Shown: positions 46,934 to 57,755 of the stretch, one piece after another | Position numbering within the stretch: the first letter of the stretch is position 1 | Layout: each line of letters begins with the position of its first letter | From: Schizochytrium sp. TIO01 | Taxonomy: Eukaryota; Protista; Bigyra: Labyrinthulomycetes | Reading direction: 5' to 3' | Assembly (NCBI GenBank): GCA_004764695.1 | Contig: SMSO01000033.1 | Span: 2,604,001 to 2,668,000, forward strand | Length of the DNA stretch: 64,000 nt | The notes under the pieces: model-generated | Told to the model about the DNA's origin: nothing | Databases searched by the model: none | Seen by the model: only the letters and a program-made list of their open reading frames with translations | Position numbers and translations under genes: made by a program

Positions 46934-49699
46934 ATGCTTGCGTCGCAGATCTCGGGCGCTTCGGCGCCAGCGCTGCCCCGGCGTATTGCGTTCGTGCCAG
47001 GCCGTGCCCGCGCTTCCCGTCAAAATCTTGGCATCAGCGAGGACGATGCAGACGGCACTGTTGGTGCTGCAACAGATGCCTCAGATCTCGCAGATGGATC
47101 TACGACAACCTTGGCGCGCCATGGAGAGCCACCGGGGTTCGCAGGCCTCCGCAAGGCAGGCTACGAAGTCTACTTTGTGCGTTCAGGTGACGAGGGAGCA
47201 GATTTAAAAAGCAATCGCACTGAAAAGGGCGAGCTGGCAAATGGCGAAAAGAAGGATTCACACGGCAATCACCAAAACGGGGCACTGCTTACTAATTCTG
47301 GGAGCGCACAAGCAAGCGATGAAGGCGGTGAAAACCTCGAGAGCGAAGCTGATGCTCGCGCACGCAAAGAATTTGAGCGGTGGCAAGAAGCTGCTGTGAA
47401 GGATGGCCCAGCATTGTTTCCGGAGGCGGAGCAGGGCTGGGAGAAGTTGCTCGAGTGGAAACAGGTATCCTCGGTTGGACCTGGATTCCATAATTTGGGC
47501 AACACGTGTTTTCTGAACTCGGTACTACAATGCTTAACGTACTTGCCAGGGCTGGCGCAACTTGCTACAGAGGACGCAGATGATAGAATTAGCTTACTCA
47601 AGATCGGAAAACAGGCAAAACTAGGAGCTCAGCAACTGGGAAGATTGGACCGATACTGTGCACTCACGGTACTTACGCAGCACATGCGTGCTATGCACAT
47701 GCTCACCCAGCAACAGAGTGCTCTAAAGAAACCCAAGAAACGCCAAGCAGCAGCCTCACCAGACTTCTTTGTAAGAAACCTTCGTAAGCTTAGCAAGCAC
47801 ATGCGCGTGGGCCGACAGCAAGATGCGCACGAGTTCCTCAGAGTACTGCTGTCCAATATGCAGGAAAGCTGTGCACTTGCAGCCGGCATGAAGGAGCAAA
47901 GTATGGATCGCAGGCTGGAAACCTCTGCTGTAATGCGTCTTTTTGGAGGTGTTCTCGAGTCGAGACTTACCTGTGGCAGGCAATCCTGTGGCGCGGACAC
48001 TCTGACTTTTGAGCCTTACATGGATCTCTCGTTGGATGTAGTTCACCCACGCATCAAAACAGTCGAGGATGCGTTGCGAAGGTACATGGCGAATGAGCGT
48101 CTTGATCAGGAAAACCAATGGACATGCCCGGTGTGTCATAAGCCATCAACAGCGACAAAACGGCTTGGCCTTCGCAAAACGCCCAATCAGCTCGTCTTGC
48201 AATTTAAGCGATTTGGATTTGGTGCCCGTGGGCGAAAGGTCCGCAAGCCTGTTGCTTTTGAGCGTGAGCTTAATATGGAAAAATTTGTTCTTGGAGCAAA
48301 CCCGGAAACGAGCCACGAAAACTTCGCACTGTGCGGCGTCGTTGTGCATGTTGGTCACAGTGTGACAAGTGGTCACTACATCTCTTTCATTCGTGCATCA
48401 AATGGACTGTGGTACCAAATGGATGACGATGTAGTACGCCAAGTGAGTTTTGCCACTGTGCAGAGCCAACCAGCATACCTGTTATTTTATTCCCGACAAA
48501 TTTCGAAATCTTCTAACAAGCAGGACCACAGCTCAAACGGAGCTGCTGCTATAGCTGGCACTGCCATCGCCGCAACTGCTAACGGGTCGACCACATCTGC
48601 CATGGACATGGAGGATGATGACATGGGCACTGTAGTACAACGCAAGGATGTTTCAGCACAAGAGGAAGGCGGAGGACTCGCATCTTTCGCGGCAGCTTTT
48701 GCATCCGCACATCAATCTGACACAGCAGTACCTTCGAGTAACGAGGAAACAATTCGTTCTGATTTGTTTGGTTCCTTCCTGACCTCTAACGAGGGTGAGA
48801 TGAAGCAAGATGCCACTGATTCCTTCGCAACAACGACTGAGTTGAATGAAACAGACGAAGCCCGCTCCTCGAAGTCGTCGCTTCCCGGTTTCTTGTCACA
48901 TTGTTACCTTAAAATCCCTATGCGTACAAACCGTGCCGCTCGTCAAGAGTTTCTGAACAAGCACTTGGCTACCTCTGTTGAACAAGGTAAACTTCGCCTT
49001 CAGCGATCTGAAAGCAAGGAAGCAGAACCTCAACCCGAAGCCGAAGATGACCAACAAAAGAGCGGCATCAGTAGTAGTAGCGACAACGAGGAGGACGGAG
49101 ACGAGCAGGAGGGTGTGAGTTCTATTCCCGTCCTCTCTTCTTCTAACTCATCAACAAACACCTCAGTAGTAGAGGAAAAGAGCGACACACAGGTAGCCTC
49201 TACCATCAACACTCCAGGAGGCGAGAACAAGACCAGTTTGCCTAACCACATGGACGAGGTTAAACCACGTAAAACCCCTTCAACACAGGCAGTACGGCGC
49301 CGGTCCGCTGCTGCAGGCGATGAAGTTGTTGTTTTAGAGCGCTTTGGTTTACATTCTCAGCGTAGTAAGACAAAGGGAAGTAAGGATGCCTGGGCGGCGA
49401 AGGTAAATGTCAAATCCAAGGAGCTTCGCAAATCTATGTCACAGAAGCGTAAGGTATCATCATACTCAGACTGGGATGCTGCATTAGACCGTGGTCGTCA
49501 AAAGAAGGTTAAAATGGCAGAGTCCATGTCACCTGCGGGCCATAAGAAGCCCAAAGGCAACGCCTTTCAAAAGGTCCAGACCGCCAAACAGAGGGAAAAG
49601 AATAAGAACCGCAAGGCTGCTTTCGGCAGTAGTAGCAGCAGCGTTAGCAAGAGCAACAACCGAAACAACTCAAAGCCAGGCTTTTCCAAGAAAAAGTAA
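46934..49699 (+). CDS. USP36: Ubiquitin-specific protease, USP36/USP42-like, about 921 aa
   Basis: Cys box GFHNLGNTCFLNSVLQCL, QQDAHEFL, His box HVGHSVTSGHYISF...WYQMDD...AYLLFY; C-terminal DWDAALDRGRQKKVK typical of USP36; first ATG at 46934. Confidence 0.9.
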   Translation: MLASQISGASAPALPRRIAFVPGRARASRQNLGISEDDADGTVGAATDASDLADGSTTTLARHGEPPGFAGLRKAGYEVYFVRSGDEGADLKSNRTEKGELANGEKKDSHGNHQNGALLTNSGSAQASDEGGENLESEADARARKEFERWQEAAVKDGPALFPEAEQGWEKLLEWKQVSSVGPGFHNLGNTCFLNSVLQCLTYLPGLAQLATEDADDRISLLKIGKQAKLGAQQLGRLDRYCALTVLTQHMRAMHMLTQQQSALKKPKKRQAAASPDFFVRNLRKLSKHMRVGRQQDAHEFLRVLLSNMQESCALAAGMKEQSMDRRLETSAVMRLFGGVLESRLTCGRQSCGADTLTFEPYMDLSLDVVHPRIKTVEDALRRYMANERLDQENQWTCPVCHKPSTATKRLGLRKTPNQLVLQFKRFGFGARGRKVRKPVAFERELNMEKFVLGANPETSHENFALCGVVVHVGHSVTSGHYISFIRASNGLWYQMDDDVVRQVSFATVQSQPAYLLFYSRQISKSSNKQDHSSNGAAAIAGTAIAATANGSTTSAMDMEDDDMGTVVQRKDVSAQEEGGGLASFAAAFASAHQSDTAVPSSNEETIRSDLFGSFLTSNEGEMKQDATDSFATTTELNETDEARSSKSSLPGFLSHCYLKIPMRTNRAARQEFLNKHLATSVEQGKLRLQRSESKEAEPQPEAEDDQQKSGISSSSDNEEDGDEQEGVSSIPVLSSSNSSTNTSVVEEKSDTQVASTINTPGGENKTSLPNHMDEVKPRKTPSTQAVRRRSAAAGDEVVVLERFGLHSQRSKTKGSKDAWAAKVNVKSKELRKSMSQKRKVSSYSDWDAALDRGRQKKVKMAESMSPAGHKKPKGNAFQKVQTAKQREKNKNRKAAFGSSSSSVSKSNNRNNSKPGFSKKK

Positions 49700-49830
49700 T
49701 CATATTGTTTTAGAAGCATTTTACACTCTCATATTAATCATACCACCCAGTTTTATTCTCGCTCTATTTTAGGGGAACATAAAATAACCAAATTGACTCC
49801 CAAAAGTTTAGCAGACTATTGGCATTGAAA

Positions 49831-51486
49831 TCAGTGCGCTTGACTATTATCTACCTCTAGCTCATCTAAGACGTCCTGCTCCAGAGAGTCCTCAAAATCG
49901 ACCGTAGCATTGTGTTTTACCAAAGGTCTCTTCCACTCTGGTCGCCTACGTTTCTTCATTTGATTAATTTCTTGCTTTGAAAGTTTATGTATGATCGCTT
50001 CAGGATCAATTTGGTTCGGCAATTTCCAGGTGGAATCGCCCATTGTTACATCATAGAAAAAGGTTGCATCTGCTCTTTCGTCAAACTCTTCAATATATAC
50101 GGGTACAGTAGGGAGAAGTTTGTTGTGCAATGGTAAGCCACTTGCTTTTTCTAGAACCCCAAATGCGTAGTGGTACCCGCCCCGTTCAGCGAGAATAGTT
50201 TTGACGATGCTCTCACAGGAATAGCAAACCCCACTTCTTTGCAAGGGGATGAGTGTCACGCAGCCCGGACACTCGCTTTCAAAGTTGTCAAAAAAGGGAA
50301 TGCTCGTCTCATTTCGGCGTGTCGAGCGTCCAATTTTTGAAGATTTCTGTGATTTGCGATCTGGAACAAAAACTGATGCGGATGTAGTCTGCTTAGCTAA
50401 CGGCGTTTGATTTAAATATGGATGATCATCTTCCGCAGAGACGCGAAGGACATCCTCTTCATGTAGGACGTCTAGAATCAAGCGACGAGCAGAGGTGGTC
50501 CAGGCATCGTGCAAAGTTGATGGTGCATTTGAAGCATCCTGTGGAGGCATGCGACCAAATATGTGCTTATGAATTGCTTTCTGAATAAGCAACAGAGGCG
50601 CAAGAAAAATTGGATAGTATAGCAAGAAATCTGCAATGTCCTCTGGACTGTAGGATTTGATTCGGTCGTGCATCCAAGTACGTAATAAAGTCAAAGTGAC
50701 TCCATCTGAACATCCCGAATGCAACTGATCAAGTAGATCATCAATATAGCCTGGACGAAAGAGGGTCGAAACAGCAAAACGGGCAATTTCTTCATTCGGC
50801 ATTATGGCGAACTGGATCGACCTGCGTGCAAATTTGACAAAACTTATACAATAATCTCTTTGATCAATGACCTCCCTTGCTTTTTGAACAACATCGATGG
50901 CTCGCTCACGAGCATCATTCAAAGCTTGAGTGTAGCGCATGTCTTCACGAACAACAACAACCGCACCTGGATCAGATGTGGCATTTACATATAGCACACC
51001 TTGACGTACTTCTTCCACGACCCCAAAATGTTCAATTACAATTTGATCCCCCTTGCGAAGGTTGCGTAAAGCTTCAAGGCGCTCTCCTTCGCCAGGAAAG
51101 CCCGCAAAGACCATGAAAGGTTCAGTTGGCCATGTCTTGGCAGCAACGAGGATACCTTCAATTTCTCTTGATGAACGCTTTGCAGTCTTCGATGAGCGGG
51201 CAGTAAACTCAATCTCAATAACTTCGACTATTTCAGACGTAGAGAATAGCCGCAAAGCGAGTGAATCGATCGATAGCATGTCTAAACCGCATTTCCCCTT
51301 TAAAAATTTAAGAACATTAGTCCCACCACGATTCCATCCTGAAAAAATGCATAATTGTAGGTATAACTTGCGGAGTCGCTTTGGAGAGAGTTGGCATACC
51401 TCTGCTTCACGACATAAGATTTGCCAGAGCTTAACAGGAAAGATGCTGAGGGGCCTGTAAATAGTTAGAACCTTAAGCAGATCCAT
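49831..51486 (-). CDS. Hypothetical protein, 551 aa, with degenerate WW-like motif near the C-terminus
   Basis: Long ORF; YIEEFDERADATFFYDVTMGDSTWKLP resembles a WW domain; 5' end uncertain. Confidence 0.7.
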   Translation of the reverse strand: MDLLKVLTIYRPLSIFPVKLWQILCREAEVCQLSPKRLRKLYLQLCIFSGWNRGGTNVLKFLKGKCGLDMLSIDSLALRLFSTSEIVEVIEIEFTARSSKTAKRSSREIEGILVAAKTWPTEPFMVFAGFPGEGERLEALRNLRKGDQIVIEHFGVVEEVRQGVLYVNATSDPGAVVVVREDMRYTQALNDARERAIDVVQKAREVIDQRDYCISFVKFARRSIQFAIMPNEEIARFAVSTLFRPGYIDDLLDQLHSGCSDGVTLTLLRTWMHDRIKSYSPEDIADFLLYYPIFLAPLLLIQKAIHKHIFGRMPPQDASNAPSTLHDAWTTSARRLILDVLHEEDVLRVSAEDDHPYLNQTPLAKQTTSASVFVPDRKSQKSSKIGRSTRRNETSIPFFDNFESECPGCVTLIPLQRSGVCYSCESIVKTILAERGGYHYAFGVLEKASGLPLHNKLLPTVPVYIEEFDERADATFFYDVTMGDSTWKLPNQIDPEAIIHKLSKQEINQMKKRRRPEWKRPLVKHNATVDFEDSLEQDVLDELEVDNSQAH

Positions 51487-51956
51487 CGATTCTACTGTCG
51501 ATATTGAAGATACCTATAGGGCTTCATAAGAAGGAGTTACAACACAGCACGACAAAACCTCCGTTGCCTCCAAACTTTGCGTGTATAAGTTCATACGCTT
51601 TGTTCGTGACAAGGGATGCCATTGCTTTCCTGAGACAAATCTTGCTTTTACTGGAGCACGGTCATCCAAGCTTCTTTTCATTCTCGGGGACATAGGTGTG
51701 TACCAATGCCCTTTTCTGTTTAGTTTTTATAGTTTCCTCATTCTTCTTTTTTCTGCAACGGCCATATTTTGATCGTGTTTTACTTATCTAAATCTATACG
51801 GAGGGTGAAACTTTATTGTGGATTACTAGATGTCAACTCTGTATCACTCGGTGTTAATGATGAAGTAATGGATAGTTGATTAGTCTGTGTCTGAGAGAAG
51901 GAAGTCAGGAACTCGCATGATACAACGTTGGAGCAGTAAACCCAAGCAAAGAAATC

Positions 51957-53033
51957 ATGCTACCTTCGTTGGTACGGTTTGAGGTACAAAGGCCTGTAGC
52001 AGTACACGAAGACCTTTGTCCATCGTGGCGAGTGATACGACGAAGATTCACCATAACTTTGTCCTTAATTTTAGTAGGGACTGGGCTGCTGTTGGTGCTT
52101 CTCAATCGGCAAGGCAGCCATGGCGTAAATTCTGCGGAAGGATCTGTGCTTGACCAAGCAATTGCTGCTTGGAAGCCCGGATCACACGAGTACGACTGGT
52201 TCGTTGGTTTAACACCAGGGATCGAACTAGTATGGCATGCTCCTATTCGCTTGGGTGATAGTAATTCAACCAACAGCGAGGCTAACCTTGTTACTCAACT
52301 AAGTTTGCGTCTGCCTCAGATAGAAAGCACAGATAATGTTGAATTTTCGTCAACGCTTGAGCACGCATCCCCTTCTGCAACATTTTCCAAGACTGCTTCC
52401 GTAGAGTTACGTCTAATTGATCAAGGGGGATCAAAGGTCAAAGTAGGTGATTTGCCATTGTTTCAGTATGGCAACTATGTCAGGGAAAAGGATCAAAAGA
52501 CTGCCCGTATGTTAGATACGGAGACTTGCCAAGAGACTTATCATGGTATAAGTGTGAATGGCTTGTGTTTTGTCTTCTCTAAGCTAGCATCATTGTGCTT
52601 TCAAGTTGAACCGGACGAACAAGGCCAACCTCGTCTGACGGTGGATAAAGGATATTATAGCTGTGAGTGGGACGACAACGGCCGTACCTCTGTTGGAACT
52701 TTTGAGGATCTCCCTGTATTGCCTAACGCCACTCGAGCGAGTCCTTTATCAGGCCCAGAGTCATTTGCTACCTTATCTGTAACCATGCGATCATCGGCTG
52801 ATCCAAGAATTGTGGAACAAGATTTATATCGTGAGCAACTTGCATCTGGAACAAGCACTAGTGAGGCATACGCTGAAAAGAGTGCACTTCGTGCTGTGGG
52901 TTTTGCAATCCTCTCACTAGGCATCATCATTGGTTTACATCCCCTTCTCTTGTATGCATTTTTTGGTTACCACGCCTTCCAGGAACGAGACGAACATAGG
53001 GGTGTCCGTTTTTCTCGGTTAGATTCTATTTAG
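51957..53033 (+). CDS. Hypothetical membrane protein with two TM helices flanking a Cys-containing lumenal domain, 358 aa
   Basis: Hydrophobic segments FTITLSLILVGTGLLLVLL and VGFAILSLGIIIGLHPLLLYAFF; N-glycosylation sequons in the loop. Confidence 0.78.
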   Translation: MLPSLVRFEVQRPVAVHEDLCPSWRVIRRRFTITLSLILVGTGLLLVLLNRQGSHGVNSAEGSVLDQAIAAWKPGSHEYDWFVGLTPGIELVWHAPIRLGDSNSTNSEANLVTQLSLRLPQIESTDNVEFSSTLEHASPSATFSKTASVELRLIDQGGSKVKVGDLPLFQYGNYVREKDQKTARMLDTETCQETYHGISVNGLCFVFSKLASLCFQVEPDEQGQPRLTVDKGYYSCEWDDNGRTSVGTFEDLPVLPNATRASPLSGPESFATLSVTMRSSADPRIVEQDLYREQLASGTSTSEAYAEKSALRAVGFAILSLGIIIGLHPLLLYAFFGYHAFQERDEHRGVRFSRLDSI

Positions 53034-53912
53034 AAAGTTCCATCGACTGTTCCATAGGTATCATCTGTAGTGGCGAGGCCATGCAACTCCCGTTCTCTTC
53101 TTTTGCAGTTCACATTTGCGTGTTGAAATCAATTGCTAGGACAGGAATCAGATTTTGATGCAGAACTTACACAATGTACAAACTGAGTTTCGCTTCTAGT
53201 TCCATGCAGTTTATCTCCATATCTGCTCTCACATGACATGAAAATTAGACTTTGTCCAATGAGTGCATCCATATCAACTTAGCATTTGAAAATATACATT
53301 TTCTCTATTTTGTTTTTATATTTTTTTTTTCCAGAGATTCCCTTTTTTCTTGGTTCATCTGAAAGTTTGTTGCCCTGTGGAAGCGATCTGCTTTGCATTT
53401 TCTTCTTTCCAAGGTTTTGATATACATTTCTGTTTTATTTTATTTTGTAATTTTACTCTAATACTCTTTTTGGCATTCGCCAAATGTCTGTTAGCGACCA
53501 ACTCATATCACTATCCAGGAAGGAGCAAAGGCATTCAAAAGAGGCTTGGAATCTCGTCAATACCAGAATTTTTAAAACACACAGTACACACAAAAGAAGA
53601 AACTGATTAATTACTGACTGAAGGGAAAGTATGTATCATCTTCATCAAGAAGAATGTTGCGCATTCTATGATGAATCGCACATTTGAGGAGGAACTATGG
53701 ATTGATAAAGGATGTTGCTGTCGTTGCGAAGAGTTTGTCAGAGAAGGTTATACGTGATAGGATTGGTCTGTATAACAGCAAAATGATGTCTTGACCTAAC
53801 TTAGGAGTTCACCAAAGAAGAAGAAATCATACTCTTGTGAAAGGAAACTTCTCAGAGGAGCAGACACGTGTTGAGATAGTATTACTGTGAGTGTTGTAAT
53901 TGAGATTTCGAT

Positions 53913-54668
53913 CTAGAAACGGCCCTTGACAATCTTCTTTGATGTCTCAATCATATCCAAAAGCTCATCCTTCTGCATAGATTGGGTAGGCAGATCCAGA
54001 AGACCAGCAGAGACGTTGACATCGTTCTTCACCTCCCATTCAATTTGACGGAGCTCCTCAATGGTTCGCGCCTGGAGCTTCTCCGCGAGGGTCACGCGAG
54101 GGTCCTGCTGAAGCATAAGAGGTTGCACGCCGGGCACCCCAATGTGAGAACCAAGGCGTCGAAGGTTATCAGCGCCTTGCTCAAGGGTGTGCTTGCTAAA
54201 CAGGTCTGTAGGCACGCCACCGAGGGCCAAGCTTGTGGCGCCACCATAAAGCATAGGAGAGAGAAAAGCAAGCTTCATAGAGTTCGTCAAACCGTAGGCA
54301 AATCCTGAGGCAAAACCACTTCCAGCAGGCATGTTAAACTTGAGGAGTTCCGTAGTGTTGTCAAGCATGATCTTGAAGTCCTCGGAGGTGATCTTACCAT
54401 CGTCATTCATGTCAAGCACGCCGTAGTAGTCGCGTTCGACCTTGCGCCAGTTGACATCAATGTAGCCCATGTATGCCAGACTCTGCACAAAGCAGAAGCC
54501 GCTGCCAAGAACTACCGCCGCAATCTTTCCTCCCTGGCGGAGAGCAAATCCAGACGTCAGACCGGCAAGAGTACCCACTCCAAGTTGAGTTCCAGCAGGA
54601 ACGAGCCTCGTGATCATGTCATCCTCAGCCACGGTGACATTATCATTGTGGTTACCAGGCACCGACAT
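53913..54668 (-). CDS. FUN14-family mitochondrial outer membrane protein with EF-hand-like insert, 251 aa
   Basis: QLGVGTLAGLTSGFALRQGGKIAAVVLGSGFCFVQSLAYMGYIDVNW and GSGFASGFAYG motifs; DMNDDGKITSEDF loop. Confidence 0.88.
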   Translation of the reverse strand: MSVPGNHNDNVTVAEDDMITRLVPAGTQLGVGTLAGLTSGFALRQGGKIAAVVLGSGFCFVQSLAYMGYIDVNWRKVERDYYGVLDMNDDGKITSEDFKIMLDNTTELLKFNMPAGSGFASGFAYGLTNSMKLAFLSPMLYGGATSLALGGVPTDLFSKHTLEQGADNLRRLGSHIGVPGVQPLMLQQDPRVTLAEKLQARTIEELRQIEWEVKNDVNVSAGLLDLPTQSMQKDELLDMIETSKKIVKGRF

Positions 54669-55799
54669 TTTGCAAGATTATCGTAGACGACTTCGCTAGA
54701 AAAATAAAACTCAATCCAAACCTAGACGGTATGTGGCACCTTTTTCAGGCAAGACGAGCCTCCCAGCGCGGGCGTCGAAGTTCTCGAAGTCGTCGAAGAT
54801 CGACTTTGCCAGAAAGCAATGCCTAATTCAAGAGCCGATCGACTCAATGCGAGCACACGCGAAGCTTGGGCGTGCGAGCTGCCTGGGCCTTCGCCAGCAA
54901 GGATCCTGCCTGAAGGTTGTTCTTGATCGGTGTCTGCGTAACAAGACGCGACAAGGGTTCTGGAATTGCCAAAGCGAGCGCGTGGCACCAAGACCGAGGC
55001 CGAGATCGCGGACTCTCATCGACCAGCCTCGAATGATTTTTTTTTAACTGAGAAAGAAAGAGACCCACATACTCTCCACACACTGAAACAAACGCGCAAT
55101 TACTATACAGTATAGCGCCTATAACCCATATTGAAGCCCGATAGCCTACAGTAGACCCAAAACTTCGAAGTGCCCGCGACAGTGCTATGGTTGAGGCTAG
55201 CCACAGCCTACTGGCAACATTCCCCAGAAACTCTGGGGCTATTTATAATTATTTATTTATTCTCTGCTCAGCTTGTTTGGTGTTTTCTTTTCCAGTCGAA
55301 AGCTTCTGCGACCTTTGGTCGAAAATATGCCGAAGGACACAGTCCATTGCGATGTGGAGACCCACTAATTCATGGCCCACAACAGCTCAAACACCTCCGG
55401 AGCTGCCTCGTTTCCGTGTGACTTAAAGTCTGTCCAATTCGTTTTCTGTTCATTTCCTTTCTTTCTTTCTTTCTTTCTTTCTTTTCCTCACTCTTTCTCC
55501 TTTTCTTCCTCTCTATTCTTTTGCGAAACCCAATTTGGCAAAACATGGCAAAGAAAAACAAACAATCAAAGTAACCCGAAGAACTCGCGAAGATCTCGCA
55601 GTTCAAGGGGCCATCGGGCTTCACGAAAGAGCCGCACAGAGTCTCAGCGAACGGTCGTTGACGTCACCTGATGAGGCGCCTTTTCGCCAACCAGACGGGC
55701 CAAACACGAGTCGTTTCCGAGTCTTGGGCTGATAAATCTCTAGCTAGAGAACCCAGACAGACATACATCGGTTACAATCGTACTTAGTGAGTCAGACAG

Positions 55800-55861
55800 A
55801 TAACTAACTAACTAACTAATTAGTGGTTTTAACTAACTAACTATATAACTATATAACTAAC
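55800..55861. repeat. Interrupted (TAAC)n microsatellite
   Basis: Direct reading. Confidence 0.75.
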
Positions 55862-56408
55862 TGCTGCGGCTGATCCTGAAGACTCGACTGCCAAACCAAA
55901 GCAACGAAGCTCTCTTCAAGGGCCACGAAAGGAGAGCCCCTCGCATAAATGTGCAACTTCCTCTGAGACAGCTCAGCTTATATCACAGCTTATATCACAT
56001 TATCTATGCAGCGATAGTTTCGCAAAATCGGTCACGTTCTGCGCCTCTCGCATAACCTAAGGGCCCCTGAATCACCCCGGATCCGTGGCCCAAGAGAAAC
56101 CCGTGACTAAAACAAGGAACCACCTTCGCGGACTGCTTAGTGATGCAGTCCTTAAGTAAGGAATACCAGCTCGAAAGAACCCCAGGGGAACAGAAGGGGA
56201 ACATTACGAACGCCCCAAATAACATGAAGGGCAGCACGAATGCAGCAAATGAAATGGGCGTGTCGAATGCAACATTTGAAATGGGCCGAAGAGGGCTTGA
56301 AGTTGGAGCTAACTTGGTTGAGGTAGAATTGCAACCAGTGAACGCTGCGTTCCCCGGTCCCTGGAGGTCGGGCAGGGCCAAGGAAGCCTCTGCAACGACG
56401 CTGTAAAC

Positions 56409-57755
56409 ATGTTGCGTGCAGGAAGTAGGCTAGGTGCGGTGCGCCATGCGGCGATGCGGCCTGAGTCGGTTTGGAGCCTGAGTCGGTCAAGCTCTCTGCA
56501 GTGGTGCTCCTGCTACTTGTCAACGACGTCCAGAGATATGAGCTCCACATCAAAAGCGGGGGCGCCGAGCTCTGCGAAAAACGAAGGATCCGGAGCGGGT
56601 CAGTGGGCTGTGGTCCGCGCTAACAAAGAAATCTACGCGTGGCTTAACGCACGAGCGGCAGCGCTTCTCTCGGGCGAGAACGGCGCCAAGCTTCAGGAGA
56701 TTGGTATTACTGCGAATGGTATCACCGCTGCGCGAACATCACTCATCGCCCCAACACTTTTTTTGTATTCTGCCGGCTATACGGTCCTTCCTGCTTCCCT
56801 AGTTGTGATCAACGTTACCTTTGACTACGTCGATGGCGCTGTGGCACGTGCAGAGCAAGCACTGAAAAGAGCTAAGATCGCGGAAGGTGTTGTTGAGGGA
56901 CCTTTGCAGACTAGTGCCAGAGCAGCTCGGCTAAGGGACACTTGGGGAGCTTACTTTGATGCGATTGCAGATAAAGCTTTTGCGATTCCTGTGTGGCTGT
57001 GTCTGTTTCAGCATTTTGGAGGGCACTATGTACTGCAGACTGCACTCCTAGCACATGTTGGCGTGGAGACGTATAGCTCGTATGTACGCACAAAGGCGTA
57101 CTTTGCGGAGTCTAGCTCAGCTCACTGGCTACATGACTACAGCCCAACAGCACCGCCTTCGACCCCCAAGCTTGATGTGCCGGCTGGCAAGGGTGAAGGT
57201 ACAAAGGAGGGTGGTGCCAAAAAGGACGCGGCGCCAGCAAGCAAACCCGCGTCCGCTGTTGTAGCTGGCATGGTCGGCAAGACCAAGCAGTTCGTTGCCA
57301 TGCTTGGTACAGCCATGGTAATGATCCCTGTTACACAGACTCTTGGCACGGTGCTCTTGTGCGGATCGGTACCACTCGCTGTAGGTAGTGTTATGCAGAA
57401 GATCGGCAATCGCGTCGTGTACGCTGAGATTGTGAACGAACCACTCACGGCTGAGACAATTGACTTTCTTGAACGGAGCAAGGCATTAGGCACACGTCTC
57501 ATTGTGGGCATCCGCGAGCCATCTCCAGAGATGGCACGTCCCGACTATGATGTTTCCCCAGCAATTCGATTGTTGGCTCCGGTTGATGCGGTTCTTGCTG
57601 CACAGTATCTTCCACCATCGCACTCTCTTGCTGACGATGCTTTCATGAGTAAATTCGGCATTCATGTTGTCGCAGTACCTTCGTCTAGTACCTTTGCAGC
57701 AGCCGACTCGAACCCTGATCACTTTCACCGTGGAAAGATTGTGCCCGTTGGATAA
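56409..57755 (+). CDS. CDP-alcohol phosphatidyltransferase (PgsA/Crd1-like) with putative mitochondrial presequence, fused to a degenerate cytidylyltransferase-like domain, 448 aa
   Basis: ANGITAAR, DYVDGAVAR...GAYFDAIADK and GKTK motifs; C-terminal RVVY...IDFLERSKALGTRLIVGI...VDAV...FMSKFGIHVV. Confidence 0.85.
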   Translation: MLRAGSRLGAVRHAAMRPESVWSLSRSSSLQWCSCYLSTTSRDMSSTSKAGAPSSAKNEGSGAGQWAVVRANKEIYAWLNARAAALLSGENGAKLQEIGITANGITAARTSLIAPTLFLYSAGYTVLPASLVVINVTFDYVDGAVARAEQALKRAKIAEGVVEGPLQTSARAARLRDTWGAYFDAIADKAFAIPVWLCLFQHFGGHYVLQTALLAHVGVETYSSYVRTKAYFAESSSAHWLHDYSPTAPPSTPKLDVPAGKGEGTKEGGAKKDAAPASKPASAVVAGMVGKTKQFVAMLGTAMVMIPVTQTLGTVLLCGSVPLAVGSVMQKIGNRVVYAEIVNEPLTAETIDFLERSKALGTRLIVGIREPSPEMARPDYDVSPAIRLLAPVDAVLAAQYLPPSHSLADDAFMSKFGIHVVAVPSSSTFAAADSNPDHFHRGKIVPVG

